From assembly GCA_965226795.1 (NCBI GenBank), contig CBDDDZ010000005.1, forward strand, positions 2,432,001-2,496,000: a stretch of DNA of 64,000 nt. The letters run 5' to 3'. A model generated the notes under the pieces. It saw nothing but the letters and a program-made list of their open reading frames with translations. It searched no databases and was not told the origin of the DNA. Position 1 is the first letter of the stretch; every line of letters starts with the position of its first letter. The DNA comes from Candidatus Latescibacterota bacterium (GTDB taxonomy: Bacteria > Latescibacterota > UBA2968 > GCA-2709665). The translations under genes were made by a program, and so were the position numbers. Positions 8,179 to 17,985 of the stretch are shown piece by piece.

Positions 8179-10383
8179 GTGACGTTGCAAACGGATGGAT
8201 CCAGGACCCTCCCGGCCATTGAAGCCATCGTCGAACGTGAGGCAAATTTCCCCGATCTACAGAACCTGCTCCGGTCTACCATTGACGCTCGTCCGAACCA
8301 GAATCTTCAGCTCATCTCCAAAGCCTACCACTTTGCCGAACTGGCACATCGCGACCGGCGTCGAAAATCGGGCGATCCCGCCGTTTCTCACGCCGTGGCC
8401 GTGTGTCGCATCCTGATCGACCTCGGCCTGGATTCCGCGACCGTGGCCGCAGGCCTGTTACACGACGTTGTCGACGAGACCCGTGTTCCGCTTTCCCAGA
8501 TCGAATCTCATTTCGGGGCGGAAATTGCCGGCCTCGTGGATGGCGTATCCAGAATCAGCGATTTTTCCTTCCGGAGCCCCGAAGCCGAACAGGCCGAGAA
8601 TTTCCGCAAGATGCTGCTCTCCATGGCCCGAGACATCCGCGTGGTTCTCGTCAAACTGGCGGACCGGCTCCACAACATGCGCACCCTGAAATATATGCGT
8701 CCAGAAAGCCAGGAACGCATGGTTTACGAGAGTCGCGATATCTATGCGCCTCTTGCCCACCGGCTGGGCATGTCCCGGATTCGGGCGGAACTGGAAGACC
8801 TCAGCCTCAAGTGGCTGGAACCGAAAGCGTACCGGTATATCCAGGAAAGGATCAACCTCACGAGGGAAGAGCGCGAGGCCTGCATCGAAGCCGTGCAGAG
8901 TCCGCTTACGGATGCCCTCGAAAAAGCGGGGATCCAGGCCGAAATGACGGGCCGTTCGAAGAATTTCAGCAGCATTTACAAGAAAATGAACATGCGTGGA
9001 AGAGCGTTTGATGAAATCTACGATCTTCTGGCGCTTCGTGTTCTGGTCGATACCATACCGGAATGCTACAACGTTCTGGGCCTGGTCCACGCCATGTATC
9101 CGCCGGTCATCGCCCGCTTCAAAGACTTTATCGCCACTCCCAAAAGCAACATGTACCAGTCGCTTCACACCACGATTGTCGGTCCGGAGGGCATGATGCT
9201 GGAGGTGCAGATCCGCACGCGGGAGATGCATCAGACCGCAGAGGTCGGCATTGCCGCCCATTGGCTATATAAGGAGGGAAAGCGTGGCCCCACCGAGATG
9301 GACCGTCATATGGCCTGGTTGCGCAGCCTTCTGGAGTGGCAGCGTGAAACCAGCGATCCACAGGAATTCATGGATGACCTCAAGGTGGATCTCTTTCCAA
9401 ACGAAATCTACGTTTTTACCCCCAAAGGCGACCTGATCCAGCTTCCGGAAGGCGCTACGCCTCTGGACTTTGCATTTTCGGTGCACACCGACGTCGGCTT
9501 GCGTTGTATCGGCAGCCGGGTGGACGATCAGATGGTCTCCCTGTCTACCCCGCTGCAAACGGGCAGTACCGTTGCTGTGATTACTTCACCCCACCAGAGA
9601 CCCAATCGTGACTGGCTCGATTTTGTCAAGAGTACGAAAGCCCGCAGCCGCATCAGGCGCTGGTTACGAGAAGAAGAATTCTCCCAAAGTGTCCGGCTCG
9701 GCCAGGACATGCTGGATCGCGAACTTAAACGACGAAGAAAACGTACGGCCGAAGAGAAACTGGAGGCGGCTGCAGCTCATTTCAAACTAAAGGACGTTGA
9801 ACATCTATACGCCAGCCTGGGCAATGGGACCCTTTCCCTTGAACGGGTCGTACATCAGATTTTTCCCGCTGCCCGCCCAACACCCAGGCGTCAGCGACCG
9901 GAACCCAGAAAAAAGGGTCGCAAGAACCCTGTTGTCATACACAGCCTGAATCACCTGATGATCCAGTTCGCCCGCTGTTGCCAGCCTATATATGGCGATG
10001 CCGTTCTCGGTGTAATCACACGGGGCAAAGGCATATCCGTTCACCGGAGGGACTGTCGTAACATTGAGAACCTTGCGGAAGGTCGCGACCGCCTGATCGA
10101 CGTTGACTGGAATTCGGAAGAGGAGACGGCCTTCAACGTACAGATACGCGTCAACGGCGTCGATCGACCCGATTTCCTCCGGGACGTCAGCCAAGTCATA
10201 TCGGGGCTGGGCATCCCGATTGTGGAGGGAATGCTGAACACAACCGGCGGGCAGGTCGGCAACCGGTTCACCGTAGAGGTCAGAAACGTCGACCAACTCC
10301 GCGACCTGCGGAAAAAAATCCTCTCCGTGCCCGGCGTCTCGTCCGTTCAGCGCATAAACGGCAGTTCCGACAACGTCCTGTAA
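8179..10383 (+). CDS. rel: Long RelA/SpoT homologue (HD, synthetase, TGS, ZFD and ACT domains)
   Basis: VKLADRLHNMRTL, RFKDFIATPKSNMYQSLHT, EVQIRT, VFTPKGD (TGS), ARCCQP, C-terminal ACT. Confidence 0.97.
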   Translation: MTLQTDGSRTLPAIEAIVEREANFPDLQNLLRSTIDARPNQNLQLISKAYHFAELAHRDRRRKSGDPAVSHAVAVCRILIDLGLDSATVAAGLLHDVVDETRVPLSQIESHFGAEIAGLVDGVSRISDFSFRSPEAEQAENFRKMLLSMARDIRVVLVKLADRLHNMRTLKYMRPESQERMVYESRDIYAPLAHRLGMSRIRAELEDLSLKWLEPKAYRYIQERINLTREEREACIEAVQSPLTDALEKAGIQAEMTGRSKNFSSIYKKMNMRGRAFDEIYDLLALRVLVDTIPECYNVLGLVHAMYPPVIARFKDFIATPKSNMYQSLHTTIVGPEGMMLEVQIRTREMHQTAEVGIAAHWLYKEGKRGPTEMDRHMAWLRSLLEWQRETSDPQEFMDDLKVDLFPNEIYVFTPKGDLIQLPEGATPLDFAFSVHTDVGLRCIGSRVDDQMVSLSTPLQTGSTVAVITSPHQRPNRDWLDFVKSTKARSRIRRWLREEEFSQSVRLGQDMLDRELKRRRKRTAEEKLEAAAAHFKLKDVEHLYASLGNGTLSLERVVHQIFPAARPTPRRQRPEPRKKGRKNPVVIHSLNHLMIQFARCCQPIYGDAVLGVITRGKGISVHRRDCRNIENLAEGRDRLIDVDWNSEEETAFNVQIRVNGVDRPDFLRDVSQVISGLGIPIVEGMLNTTGGQVGNRFTVEVRNVDQLRDLRKKILSVPGVSSVQRINGSSDNVL

Positions 10384-10444
10384 ACAACCGGGAAACGAAC
10401 TTAACGGCCAGCGTTCTGTCCCGGAATTTGCGCGTCGCCACGCG

Positions 10445-13087
10445 TCAGCGCCTGTTTTTCCTGTCTTCTATCTCCTTTTTCCACCGATCCAGCACCACCA
10501 GAGCCTCGAGGGGTGTGGTATTGCCCACATCCAGATCGCACAACTCGGTCAGAACCGGATCTTCAGGGGGCCGGTCAAACAGATTCATCTGCCCGTTGGC
10601 GACGCCAGGCTCACGTATCACCGAGGCCTGCGTTTTTCTGCCGGCCGCCGTAAGGTCGTTCTCTTCCAGCCTGCGCAACACTTCGCGGGCCCGTGCGATC
10701 AATTCGCGGGGCATTCCCGCAAGCCGTGCCACCTCGATGCCGTAACTGTGGTCGCATCCACCGGGCACCAGCCGGTGCAGAAACGTCACGTTGTCGCCTT
10801 CCTTCCTGACCGCCACGCTGTAATTCTTCACCCTCGGCAGTAATTCCTCGAGTTCAGTCATTTCATGATAGTGCGTGGCGAACAACGTGCGGGGCTGTAT
10901 AGCCGCTGTGTTATGTAAATATTCCGTCATCGCCCAGGCAATGCTCAGCCCGTCAAATGTACTGGTGCCGCGGCCGATTTCATCCAGAAGCACCAGGCTC
11001 CTGGGGGTGGCGTTGTTCAGGATGTTGGCCGCTTCGTTCATCTCCACAAGAAACGTGGACTCACCCCGGGCGAGGTTGTCAGACGCCCCCACCCGTGTGA
11101 AAATGCGGTCCACCACACCGACACGCGCCGCCGCGGCCGGAACAAAGCTGCCCAGCTGCGCCAGCAGAACAATTAGACCGATTTGCCTCAACATCGTGGA
11201 TTTTCCGGCCATATTGGGGCCTGTAATAATCAGCACCTGGTCGTGTTCGCCATCCACGAAAAAATCGTTGGGCACAAACTTGCCGGTTGGCAGCAACCCT
11301 TCGACAACCGGATGGCGACCCTCCCGAATATCGATTCCCGTGGAATCGTCCACCTCAGGCCGGACGTAGTCGTTCGCCGCGGCCACCTCGGCCAGACAGG
11401 CCAACACGTCCACCACCGCCACGGCGCGCGCCGTGCGTTGCACCTCGTCAACCCAGCCCTCGACTTCGACTCTGAGTTGCTGAAACAACTCCTTTTCCAG
11501 TTCCTTCGCTCGTTCGTCGGCGCCTAGAATCTTTGCTTCCCATTCTTTCAACGCCGGTGTAATGAAGCGCTCCGCGTTCACCAGGGTCTGCTTGCGCAGG
11601 TAGTCATCCGGAGCCTTATCCATATTCGCCTTTGTAATTTCAATATAATACCCGAACGCCTTGTTGTACCCGACCTTGAGCGACGGAATACCGGTACGCT
11701 CCCTCTCTTTGGCCTGCAGTTCAGCCACCCACCGGCGGCCTCCGGACGCCGCGTCGCGGAGTTCGTCCAGTTCCCCGTTATAGCCCTCCCTGATGATGCC
11801 CCCTTCGCTCAACTGAAACGGCGGCTCGTCCACCACCGTACGGCCGATGAGGTCGATCAGGTCGCTCAAATCCGGCATCCCCTGACACCGGGCCTTCACC
11901 AGCAGGTCCGCCGTGGTCTCGTTAAGCGTATCTCGCAGACCGGGTATAGCCTGCAGCGACACCTTAAGCGCCACAAGGTCCCTCGGGCTGCAGCGTCCGC
12001 AGCAGATGCGAGACATCAACCGCTCGAGGTCCCCAACCTGCTTCAGGGCCGAACGCACCGACTCACGCCGTGCGGGATGCTGTATCAGGTCTTCCACGGC
12101 ATCCTGTCTCGCATCGATTCCTGAAATATCCATTAGCGGCTGAGACAGCCATGACCTTAGCGTCCGCGCCCCCATCGCAGTGCATGTGCGGTCCAACAGG
12201 GACAACAGCGTCCCTTCCCGCCGGCCTTCCTGTATTGACGTAATCAGCTCCAGGTTCCGCTGGGTCACGAGGTCCAGCCCCATGTATGCGCCTTCATACT
12301 CCCGGGAGAGGCGCGTGATGTGAGAAACCGAACCCTTCTGGTTCTGCTTCAGATACCCCAACACCGCTCCGGCCGCGCTGATGCCCACCGTCATCTGGTC
12401 GCAACCGAAACCCTTTAACGAATTCACCCGGAAATGTTCCAGCAACAAATCGTGCGCATAGGCGAATCCAAAATGCCAGTCTTCCGCCCGAACGAGGAGC
12501 GTACCCGGCATCCGATACGCCATCGCACCCTCGTTTGCTTCCGCCCATGACTCGGGCGCGAGCACTTCCGCGGGTCCGATTCGCTCCAGCACCTCCCACA
12601 GATCATCCACATCCCGTTCCAGTGTGCGAAAATCACCGGTCGACAGATCCGTTACCGCAGCACCCAGTCGGTTCGACTCCACCCAAAGTCCCAACAGATA
12701 GTTGTTTCGATTCTGATCCAGCAGGTTGTCCGAGAGCGCGGTACCCGGAGACACCACCTGGACGACCTCTCGCCGCACGACCGCCTTGCCTTTCTGCGGC
12801 GGCTCCATCTGTTCGCATATGGCCACCTTCCGACCGGCCTTGATTAACCGGGCAAGGTATGTATCCAGGGCATGATGCGGCACACCGGCCATCGGCACGC
12901 TTTCGCCACCCCGGCCGTTGTTGCGGGAAGTCAGCGTCAGCCCGAGAAGGCCGGACACCTCTTTGGCGTCGTCATAAAACGTTTCATAGAAGTCCCCCAT
13001 TCTGAACAGCAGTACGGCATCTCTGTGTTCGTCCTTGAAACGCAGGAACTGTTCCATTGCCGGGGTGACATCTCTTGGCCTTGCCAT
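10445..13087 (-). CDS. mutS: DNA mismatch repair protein MutS
   Basis: FRMGDFYETF, ITGPNMAGKST, DEIGRGTST, FATHYHE. Confidence 0.99.
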   Translation of the reverse strand: MARPRDVTPAMEQFLRFKDEHRDAVLLFRMGDFYETFYDDAKEVSGLLGLTLTSRNNGRGGESVPMAGVPHHALDTYLARLIKAGRKVAICEQMEPPQKGKAVVRREVVQVVSPGTALSDNLLDQNRNNYLLGLWVESNRLGAAVTDLSTGDFRTLERDVDDLWEVLERIGPAEVLAPESWAEANEGAMAYRMPGTLLVRAEDWHFGFAYAHDLLLEHFRVNSLKGFGCDQMTVGISAAGAVLGYLKQNQKGSVSHITRLSREYEGAYMGLDLVTQRNLELITSIQEGRREGTLLSLLDRTCTAMGARTLRSWLSQPLMDISGIDARQDAVEDLIQHPARRESVRSALKQVGDLERLMSRICCGRCSPRDLVALKVSLQAIPGLRDTLNETTADLLVKARCQGMPDLSDLIDLIGRTVVDEPPFQLSEGGIIREGYNGELDELRDAASGGRRWVAELQAKERERTGIPSLKVGYNKAFGYYIEITKANMDKAPDDYLRKQTLVNAERFITPALKEWEAKILGADERAKELEKELFQQLRVEVEGWVDEVQRTARAVAVVDVLACLAEVAAANDYVRPEVDDSTGIDIREGRHPVVEGLLPTGKFVPNDFFVDGEHDQVLIITGPNMAGKSTMLRQIGLIVLLAQLGSFVPAAAARVGVVDRIFTRVGASDNLARGESTFLVEMNEAANILNNATPRSLVLLDEIGRGTSTFDGLSIAWAMTEYLHNTAAIQPRTLFATHYHEMTELEELLPRVKNYSVAVRKEGDNVTFLHRLVPGGCDHSYGIEVARLAGMPRELIARAREVLRRLEENDLTAAGRKTQASVIREPGVANGQMNLFDRPPEDPVLTELCDLDVGNTTPLEALVVLDRWKKEIEDRKNRR

Positions 13088-13097
13088 CTGACGTTTC

Positions 13098-14003
13098 CTA
13101 GAGTCGTTCAACAATCGTGCAATTCACCACCCCGGCCTCCTTCTCGACGCGGGGCTTTTCCCGTGCCGCCGCGGCCCGGTCGGGAAATGGTCCGACCAGC
13201 AGAATCCGCAATTCGGGAACCGTCGTTGGCTCTTCGCGCACCGGGAACCCTGCTCCGGTCAACCGGACGGAAATGCGCCGCAGGTTTTCCCGGTTCCCGA
13301 AGGCACCCACACGTACCCAGAACTTACCAGCCGTATCCCGACCTCTCAGGAGTTCTCTGAGCACCGCCAGCCGCGCCGCGACCGGAAATGGCGGACGATT
13401 CGCCGACAGCACGTCGGCCTCCCGCTCTGCTTCCTTATTTCGTGCGGCCAGTACAAGCACCTCTATACGGCCGAGGCGGGCGTGAGACGCAATATCGGAA
13501 CCCGGAGACGCATCGAGTATGGTCTGAAATACGGCAAGCGCCGAGTCCGGCCGCTGGGTTATCAGGTAAACGGACCCCAACCGATAGCGCGCCAGGGGCG
13601 CCAGGGGACTTCCGCGGTATTCGTTCAACAACTGCCTGTATCGGTTCTTCGCACTGACGTATCGCCCTGAGGGCCCGGCATAGTCCCCTTCCGCCAGTTC
13701 AAACAGTGCGTCGTCCGCGAGTTTGTGACCGGGATGGACTTTCAGCAACCGTACGAAATATCCCCGTGATTTCGCTTCTTCCAGGGTCAGGCGCCCCAGA
13801 TAATAGAGCGCCTCCGGATTGTCGGGCTCGGCGCTCAGTCGGCGGGCGAACGCCTCTTTGGCCCGGTCAAACCGCCCGTCTCTGAACAGCGTGACCGGGT
13901 CCGCGGGTTCGGAATGCAACGGAATGACCGGCAAACCCAGTAAACAGAGGAAGCTTATGCGCCGGATTCGTGTCAACATCCGGTTGCGCCTATCAGTGCT
14001 CAT
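13098..14003 (-). CDS. Exported TPR plus SPOR-domain protein
   Basis: Signal peptide, TPR-like helices (EALYYLG, ARYRLG), C-terminal FWVRVGAF...VGPFPDR (SPOR). Confidence 0.8.
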   Translation of the reverse strand: MSTDRRNRMLTRIRRISFLCLLGLPVIPLHSEPADPVTLFRDGRFDRAKEAFARRLSAEPDNPEALYYLGRLTLEEAKSRGYFVRLLKVHPGHKLADDALFELAEGDYAGPSGRYVSAKNRYRQLLNEYRGSPLAPLARYRLGSVYLITQRPDSALAVFQTILDASPGSDIASHARLGRIEVLVLAARNKEAEREADVLSANRPPFPVAARLAVLRELLRGRDTAGKFWVRVGAFGNRENLRRISVRLTGAGFPVREEPTTVPELRILLVGPFPDRAAAAREKPRVEKEAGVVNCTIVERL

Positions 14004-14266
14004 ACGGATTCAACGCCATCGCCGGCGTCCGGAAACGGCCTGGATGGAACGCGCCACGGGCGATTGTGATTCCACGATATGCCTTCAGCCGCGAATCCAT
14101 CGTTCATCCGCCTGTGGACGGCGCAGGCCGGGCGGCCCGCTGCCGGGCTTATTGTGGCTCGGGTTGGACGAATGTCGCCAGAGATTCTGGGTCGCACCAG
14201 GTACAACGGCCTGACGGACACACGATCAGGGAAACGTCTCGTACCGGCGGTTCCCAAGGTTGTCAC
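14000..14266 (-). CDS. Hypothetical 88-aa protein (doubtful)
   Basis: Fills the gap with 4-nt overlaps to both neighbours; no recognisable motif. Confidence 0.3.
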   Translation of the reverse strand: MTTLGTAGTRRFPDRVSVRPLYLVRPRISGDIRPTRATISPAAGRPACAVHRRMNDGFAAEGISWNHNRPWRVPSRPFPDAGDGVESV

Positions 14267-15567
14267 ACCAGCCTTCCGATGACCCGGTCGGGATGCACAT
14301 CGAGCAACCGCACAGGCACGATGGTATTCTTCGCGCTTTCAGGGCCCGGGGCGAACACACGGATGTAGTTGTCGGTAACGCCCTGCAGATACCCCGTGCC
14401 CAGCTCGCGCCTGTCCTCGAACAATACGTGCATCGTCCGCCCCGAAAAACGACGGCAGAAGGCTTCTGTTTTCCGCGCGCCAAGACGCCTCAGGAGCGCG
14501 CCTCGCCGCTTCTTCACGGCGGGATCCACCTCACCGCCCATTCGCGCGGCCGCTGTGCCGCTCCGCGGTGAATAGGGAAACACGTGCAGGAACGCCAGTG
14601 GGCCCTTGTCGATCAGGTCAAACGTGTTGGCGAACGCCTCGTCGGTCTCACCCGGGAATCCGACCATTACATCCGCGCCCAGGCCGATTTCTGGAACCCG
14701 GTCCGCCAGCGTCTCGATCAGCGAGAGATATCGCGCCCGGGTATACGGCCTGCGCATCGATCTCAGAATCCCATCGTCTCCGCTCTGCAACGGAATATGC
14801 AGATGCCTGGAGAACCTGGACGAGGTTGAGAAGAAATCGACCATTGCATCGCTTATAAACGACGCTTCGATCGAACTCACTCTAAACCGCCGAAGTTCCT
14901 TTATCTGCTCGATTGCCTCAAACAAGTCGAGCAGAGCGAGGCCATCCAGATCCCCGCCGTAGTCGCCAATATGAACACCTGCAAGTACGACCTCCTGGTA
15001 ACCCACGTCAACCAACCGCCGCACCTGATCGAGACAGCTCTGCAGACCGCGGCTCCGGCTCCGGCCTCTCGCAAACGGAATGATGCAGAAAGAGCAGAAC
15101 TCGTTGCATCCCTCCTGAATCTTAACGAACGCCCGCGCCCTGCCGCCGAAATTAAAGATATCCATTTCCTGAAATTCGGCGGTTCGACGTCGGGTCACGT
15201 AACTTCGACCGATGGAGCAGGTATCGTTGATCAGATCCAGCAGCCGGGTCTTCTCCGCCGTGCCGACAACCAGATCGACTTCCGGCATATCGATCAGTAC
15301 ATCGGGATCGGTCTGCGCATAGCACCCCATGGCCACCACCGTGCCTTCGGGCGATATCCGATGCGCCCGACGCAGCATCTGCCTGGACTGTGCGGCGCCC
15401 TGTCCCGTCACCGTGCAGGTATTCACCACCGTCACATCGGCTGGCCGGCCAAACGCCACCTCCCGGTACCCCGCCTGTCTGAATTGCTCGCGGTACCATT
15501 CCGTATCGTAGGTATTCAACTTGCACCCCAGTGTATAAAACGACACGGTTTTGTCGTTCCCGTTCAT
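14263..15567 (-). CDS. mtaB: tRNA t6A37 methylthiotransferase MtaB
   Basis: TLGCKLN, VNTCTVT, GCYAQ, CNEFCSFC (radical SAM), HVFPYSPRSGT. Confidence 0.93.
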   Translation of the reverse strand: MNGNDKTVSFYTLGCKLNTYDTEWYREQFRQAGYREVAFGRPADVTVVNTCTVTGQGAAQSRQMLRRAHRISPEGTVVAMGCYAQTDPDVLIDMPEVDLVVGTAEKTRLLDLINDTCSIGRSYVTRRRTAEFQEMDIFNFGGRARAFVKIQEGCNEFCSFCIIPFARGRSRSRGLQSCLDQVRRLVDVGYQEVVLAGVHIGDYGGDLDGLALLDLFEAIEQIKELRRFRVSSIEASFISDAMVDFFSTSSRFSRHLHIPLQSGDDGILRSMRRPYTRARYLSLIETLADRVPEIGLGADVMVGFPGETDEAFANTFDLIDKGPLAFLHVFPYSPRSGTAAARMGGEVDPAVKKRRGALLRRLGARKTEAFCRRFSGRTMHVLFEDRRELGTGYLQGVTDNYIRVFAPGPESAKNTIVPVRLLDVHPDRVIGRLV

Positions 15568-15608
15568 CCGTCCGTTTCCTCGTATTCGCCGCGTTGCTTG
15601 CACTGCTT

Positions 15609-15728
15609 GCGCTGAGCTTGTCGAAATGCCCGCGTTTCGCTACCCTTCGACAGGATCTGTGGGCACCGTTTGGCGCTCTTCACTGCCCTTCGCCGACCCT
15701 TCGACAAGCTCAAGGCGACGGCTCAGGA
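15609..15728. repeat. REP-like palindromic repeat cluster
   Basis: Perfect 13-bp inverted repeat TGAGCTTGTCGAA (15613-15625) / TTCGACAAGCTCA (15700-15712), plus further CCCTTCG copies at 15643 and 15686. Confidence 0.75.
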
Positions 15729-15831
15729 TTCAGGCCCAATGTCGTTAGTTTCGGGCGTTGCTTGCGTTGGCCTGTCAAAACGCGCTCGCCGGTCTTGCAC
15801 ACCGAACTCCATGTTGCCGGTTGGGACCATA

Positions 15832-15870
15832 AGACAAAGAGTTGAGGACAACTCCCCAACTCTTTGTTTC
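15832..15870 (-). terminator. Intrinsic terminator after rpsA
   Basis: Stem ACAAAGAGTTG...CAACTCTTTGT just downstream of the rpsA stop. Confidence 0.7.
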
Positions 15871-15894
15871 GAACGAACCGGTTGTTCGAAATTC

Positions 15895-17871
15895 CTAAAC
15901 ATCCGATTTCGACGCGTCCCCCGTCTCATCGGTCGTATCGGAAGTCTCCGCCGAAGGCGGGCTGTCTTCGCCGGCAACGTCTTCCGTAGACTCGGTTTCC
16001 GCCTCGTCCGTGGGCTCTCCGGCGAGGGCTCCGGGATCCACAGACTCGGTTTCCGCCCCGTCCGCGGGCTCTCCGGCGGGGGCTCCGGGATCCACGGCCG
16101 AATCTGCATCCCCAGCCGATTCTTCTGAACCGGCGGCAGCGCCCACCACCTCGCCCACCGTGACGGGTTTCGGCCCGTGGCTTTCAATATAGGCATCGAT
16201 CTCGGCCTGTTCGACGTCGCGTAGATATTCCTTCACGCTCAACACGATCTTGCGTTGCTCTTCATCGAATTCAACGACCTTGATCGGCAACTCGTCCTGT
16301 TCCGAGAAGTGGGTCTGAGGGGTCTGTAGATCCGACAGGCCCAACTGCGAAACCGGAATGAAACCTTCGACGTCGCCTTCCAGGTCGACCACGACCCCGC
16401 GTTCCAACAACCGGGTTATTCTACCGGCTGCAGTCTTGCCTACCGCGTACTGAACGGCCAGTTCGGGCCAGGGGTTTTCGATGGTCTGCTTGTGGCCCAG
16501 TGAGATACGACGACGTCTTTTGTCGATATTGAGGACGACCACGTCGACCTGCTCTCCCTTCTTGACGACGTCGCTGGGATGACGCACACGGCGGGTCCAT
16601 GACATATCGGAAATATGAACCAGGCCGTCGATGCCCTCTTCGATTTCCACAAACGCGCCGAAGTTGACCAGGTTCCGCACCAGGCCCGTCAAGCGTGTAC
16701 CCACGGGATATTTCTCGTCCAGCGAAAGCCAGGGGTCATCGGCTGTCTGCTTCAGGCCAAGCGAAATTTTCTGACCCTCTTTGTCCACGTTTAGAATTAC
16801 GACCTTCAACTGGTCGCCTATGGAAACAAGCTTGGACGGATGGCGGATATGCTGTGTCCAGGACATCTCCGAAATGTGGACCAGGCCCTCCACGCCCTGC
16901 TCCAATTCCACAAACGCTCCGTAGTCTGTGATGCTCACCACTTTGCCGTCCACCCTGGTGCTAACCGGATATTTGTCTTCGACATTCTCCCAGGGATGCG
17001 GCGTAAGTTGCTTCATACCCAGAGAGATCCGCTCGCGCTCCTCGTCGTAGTTGAGAACCTTAACCTGAATATTGTCGCCAATGGACAACACTTCCGAAGG
17101 ATGTCCGATCCGGCCCCAGGAAATATCGGTAATGTGCAACAAACCGTCCAGCCCCCCCAGGTCGATAAACCCACCGAAATCAGTGATGTTCTTCACCGCG
17201 CCTTCTCGAACCTGGCCGACTTCCAGCGTTTCAAGAATCTGTTTGCGCAGGCGCTCCCGCTCAGCTTCCAGCACGACACGCCTGGAAACGACGATATTAC
17301 GCCGGTTCTTGTTGAGTTTGATGATGCGAAAGGGGAAAACCTCGCCAATGAACTGATCGAAATTCTTCACCTGCTTGATATCGATCTGGGATCCGGGCAG
17401 GAAAGCGTCGACTCCGAACAGATCCACCACAATACCGCCCTTGATACGGCGAGCCAGCCGGCCCTCAACGATCTGATCGCTGTCGAAGGCGTCTTTTATA
17501 CGGTCCCACACCCGCATAAAGTCGGCCTTCTGTTTGGACAGCACAATCTGGCCTTCCTGGTCTTCCACATCTTCGAGATAGACCTCGATTTCCTGCCCCA
17601 CCTCGACTTCCGACGGGTCGGCAAACTCGGAAAGCGGTATGGCGCCTTCGGATTTGAATCCGATATCGACGACAACCGAGTTCTCCACGACCGCCAGAAC
17701 GGTCCCGGAGACAATCTCACCCTGGGTGATATTGCTCATCGTATCTTCATACAGACTCATCATCGAGGCGAATTCCTCTTCCGAGTATTCGCGCTCGTCC
17801 AACGCGTCCAGGGCTTCCTCGCTCGAAAGTTGCGAAACGGTCTGGCGTGCGGTGTTGTTTTCTTCCGACAT
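15895..17871 (-). CDS. rpsA: 30S ribosomal protein S1 with acidic C-terminal extension
   Basis: Six S1 repeats (GLLHITDISW, GLVHISEMSW, GLVHISDMSW). Confidence 0.99.
   Translation of the reverse strand: MSEENNTARQTVSQLSSEEALDALDEREYSEEEFASMMSLYEDTMSNITQGEIVSGTVLAVVENSVVVDIGFKSEGAIPLSEFADPSEVEVGQEIEVYLEDVEDQEGQIVLSKQKADFMRVWDRIKDAFDSDQIVEGRLARRIKGGIVVDLFGVDAFLPGSQIDIKQVKNFDQFIGEVFPFRIIKLNKNRRNIVVSRRVVLEAERERLRKQILETLEVGQVREGAVKNITDFGGFIDLGGLDGLLHITDISWGRIGHPSEVLSIGDNIQVKVLNYDEERERISLGMKQLTPHPWENVEDKYPVSTRVDGKVVSITDYGAFVELEQGVEGLVHISEMSWTQHIRHPSKLVSIGDQLKVVILNVDKEGQKISLGLKQTADDPWLSLDEKYPVGTRLTGLVRNLVNFGAFVEIEEGIDGLVHISDMSWTRRVRHPSDVVKKGEQVDVVVLNIDKRRRRISLGHKQTIENPWPELAVQYAVGKTAAGRITRLLERGVVVDLEGDVEGFIPVSQLGLSDLQTPQTHFSEQDELPIKVVEFDEEQRKIVLSVKEYLRDVEQAEIDAYIESHGPKPVTVGEVVGAAAGSEESAGDADSAVDPGAPAGEPADGAETESVDPGALAGEPTDEAETESTEDVAGEDSPPSAETSDTTDETGDASKSDV
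15988..16095 (-). repeat. 2 x 54-bp in-frame tandem repeat in the rpsA tail
   Basis: Encodes VDPGAPAGEPADGAETES then VDPGALAGEPTDEAETES. Confidence 0.95.
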
Positions 17872-17985
17872 GAAACAGCGACCTCCTTGACCGTTCCGCT
17901 AGAGGCTGTTGCCCCGGACTTGCGGTTCGGCGTAAAAATACCGGGAAAAGACGGAGACCGGATCTCCGCAGGGACCTTACCGACG

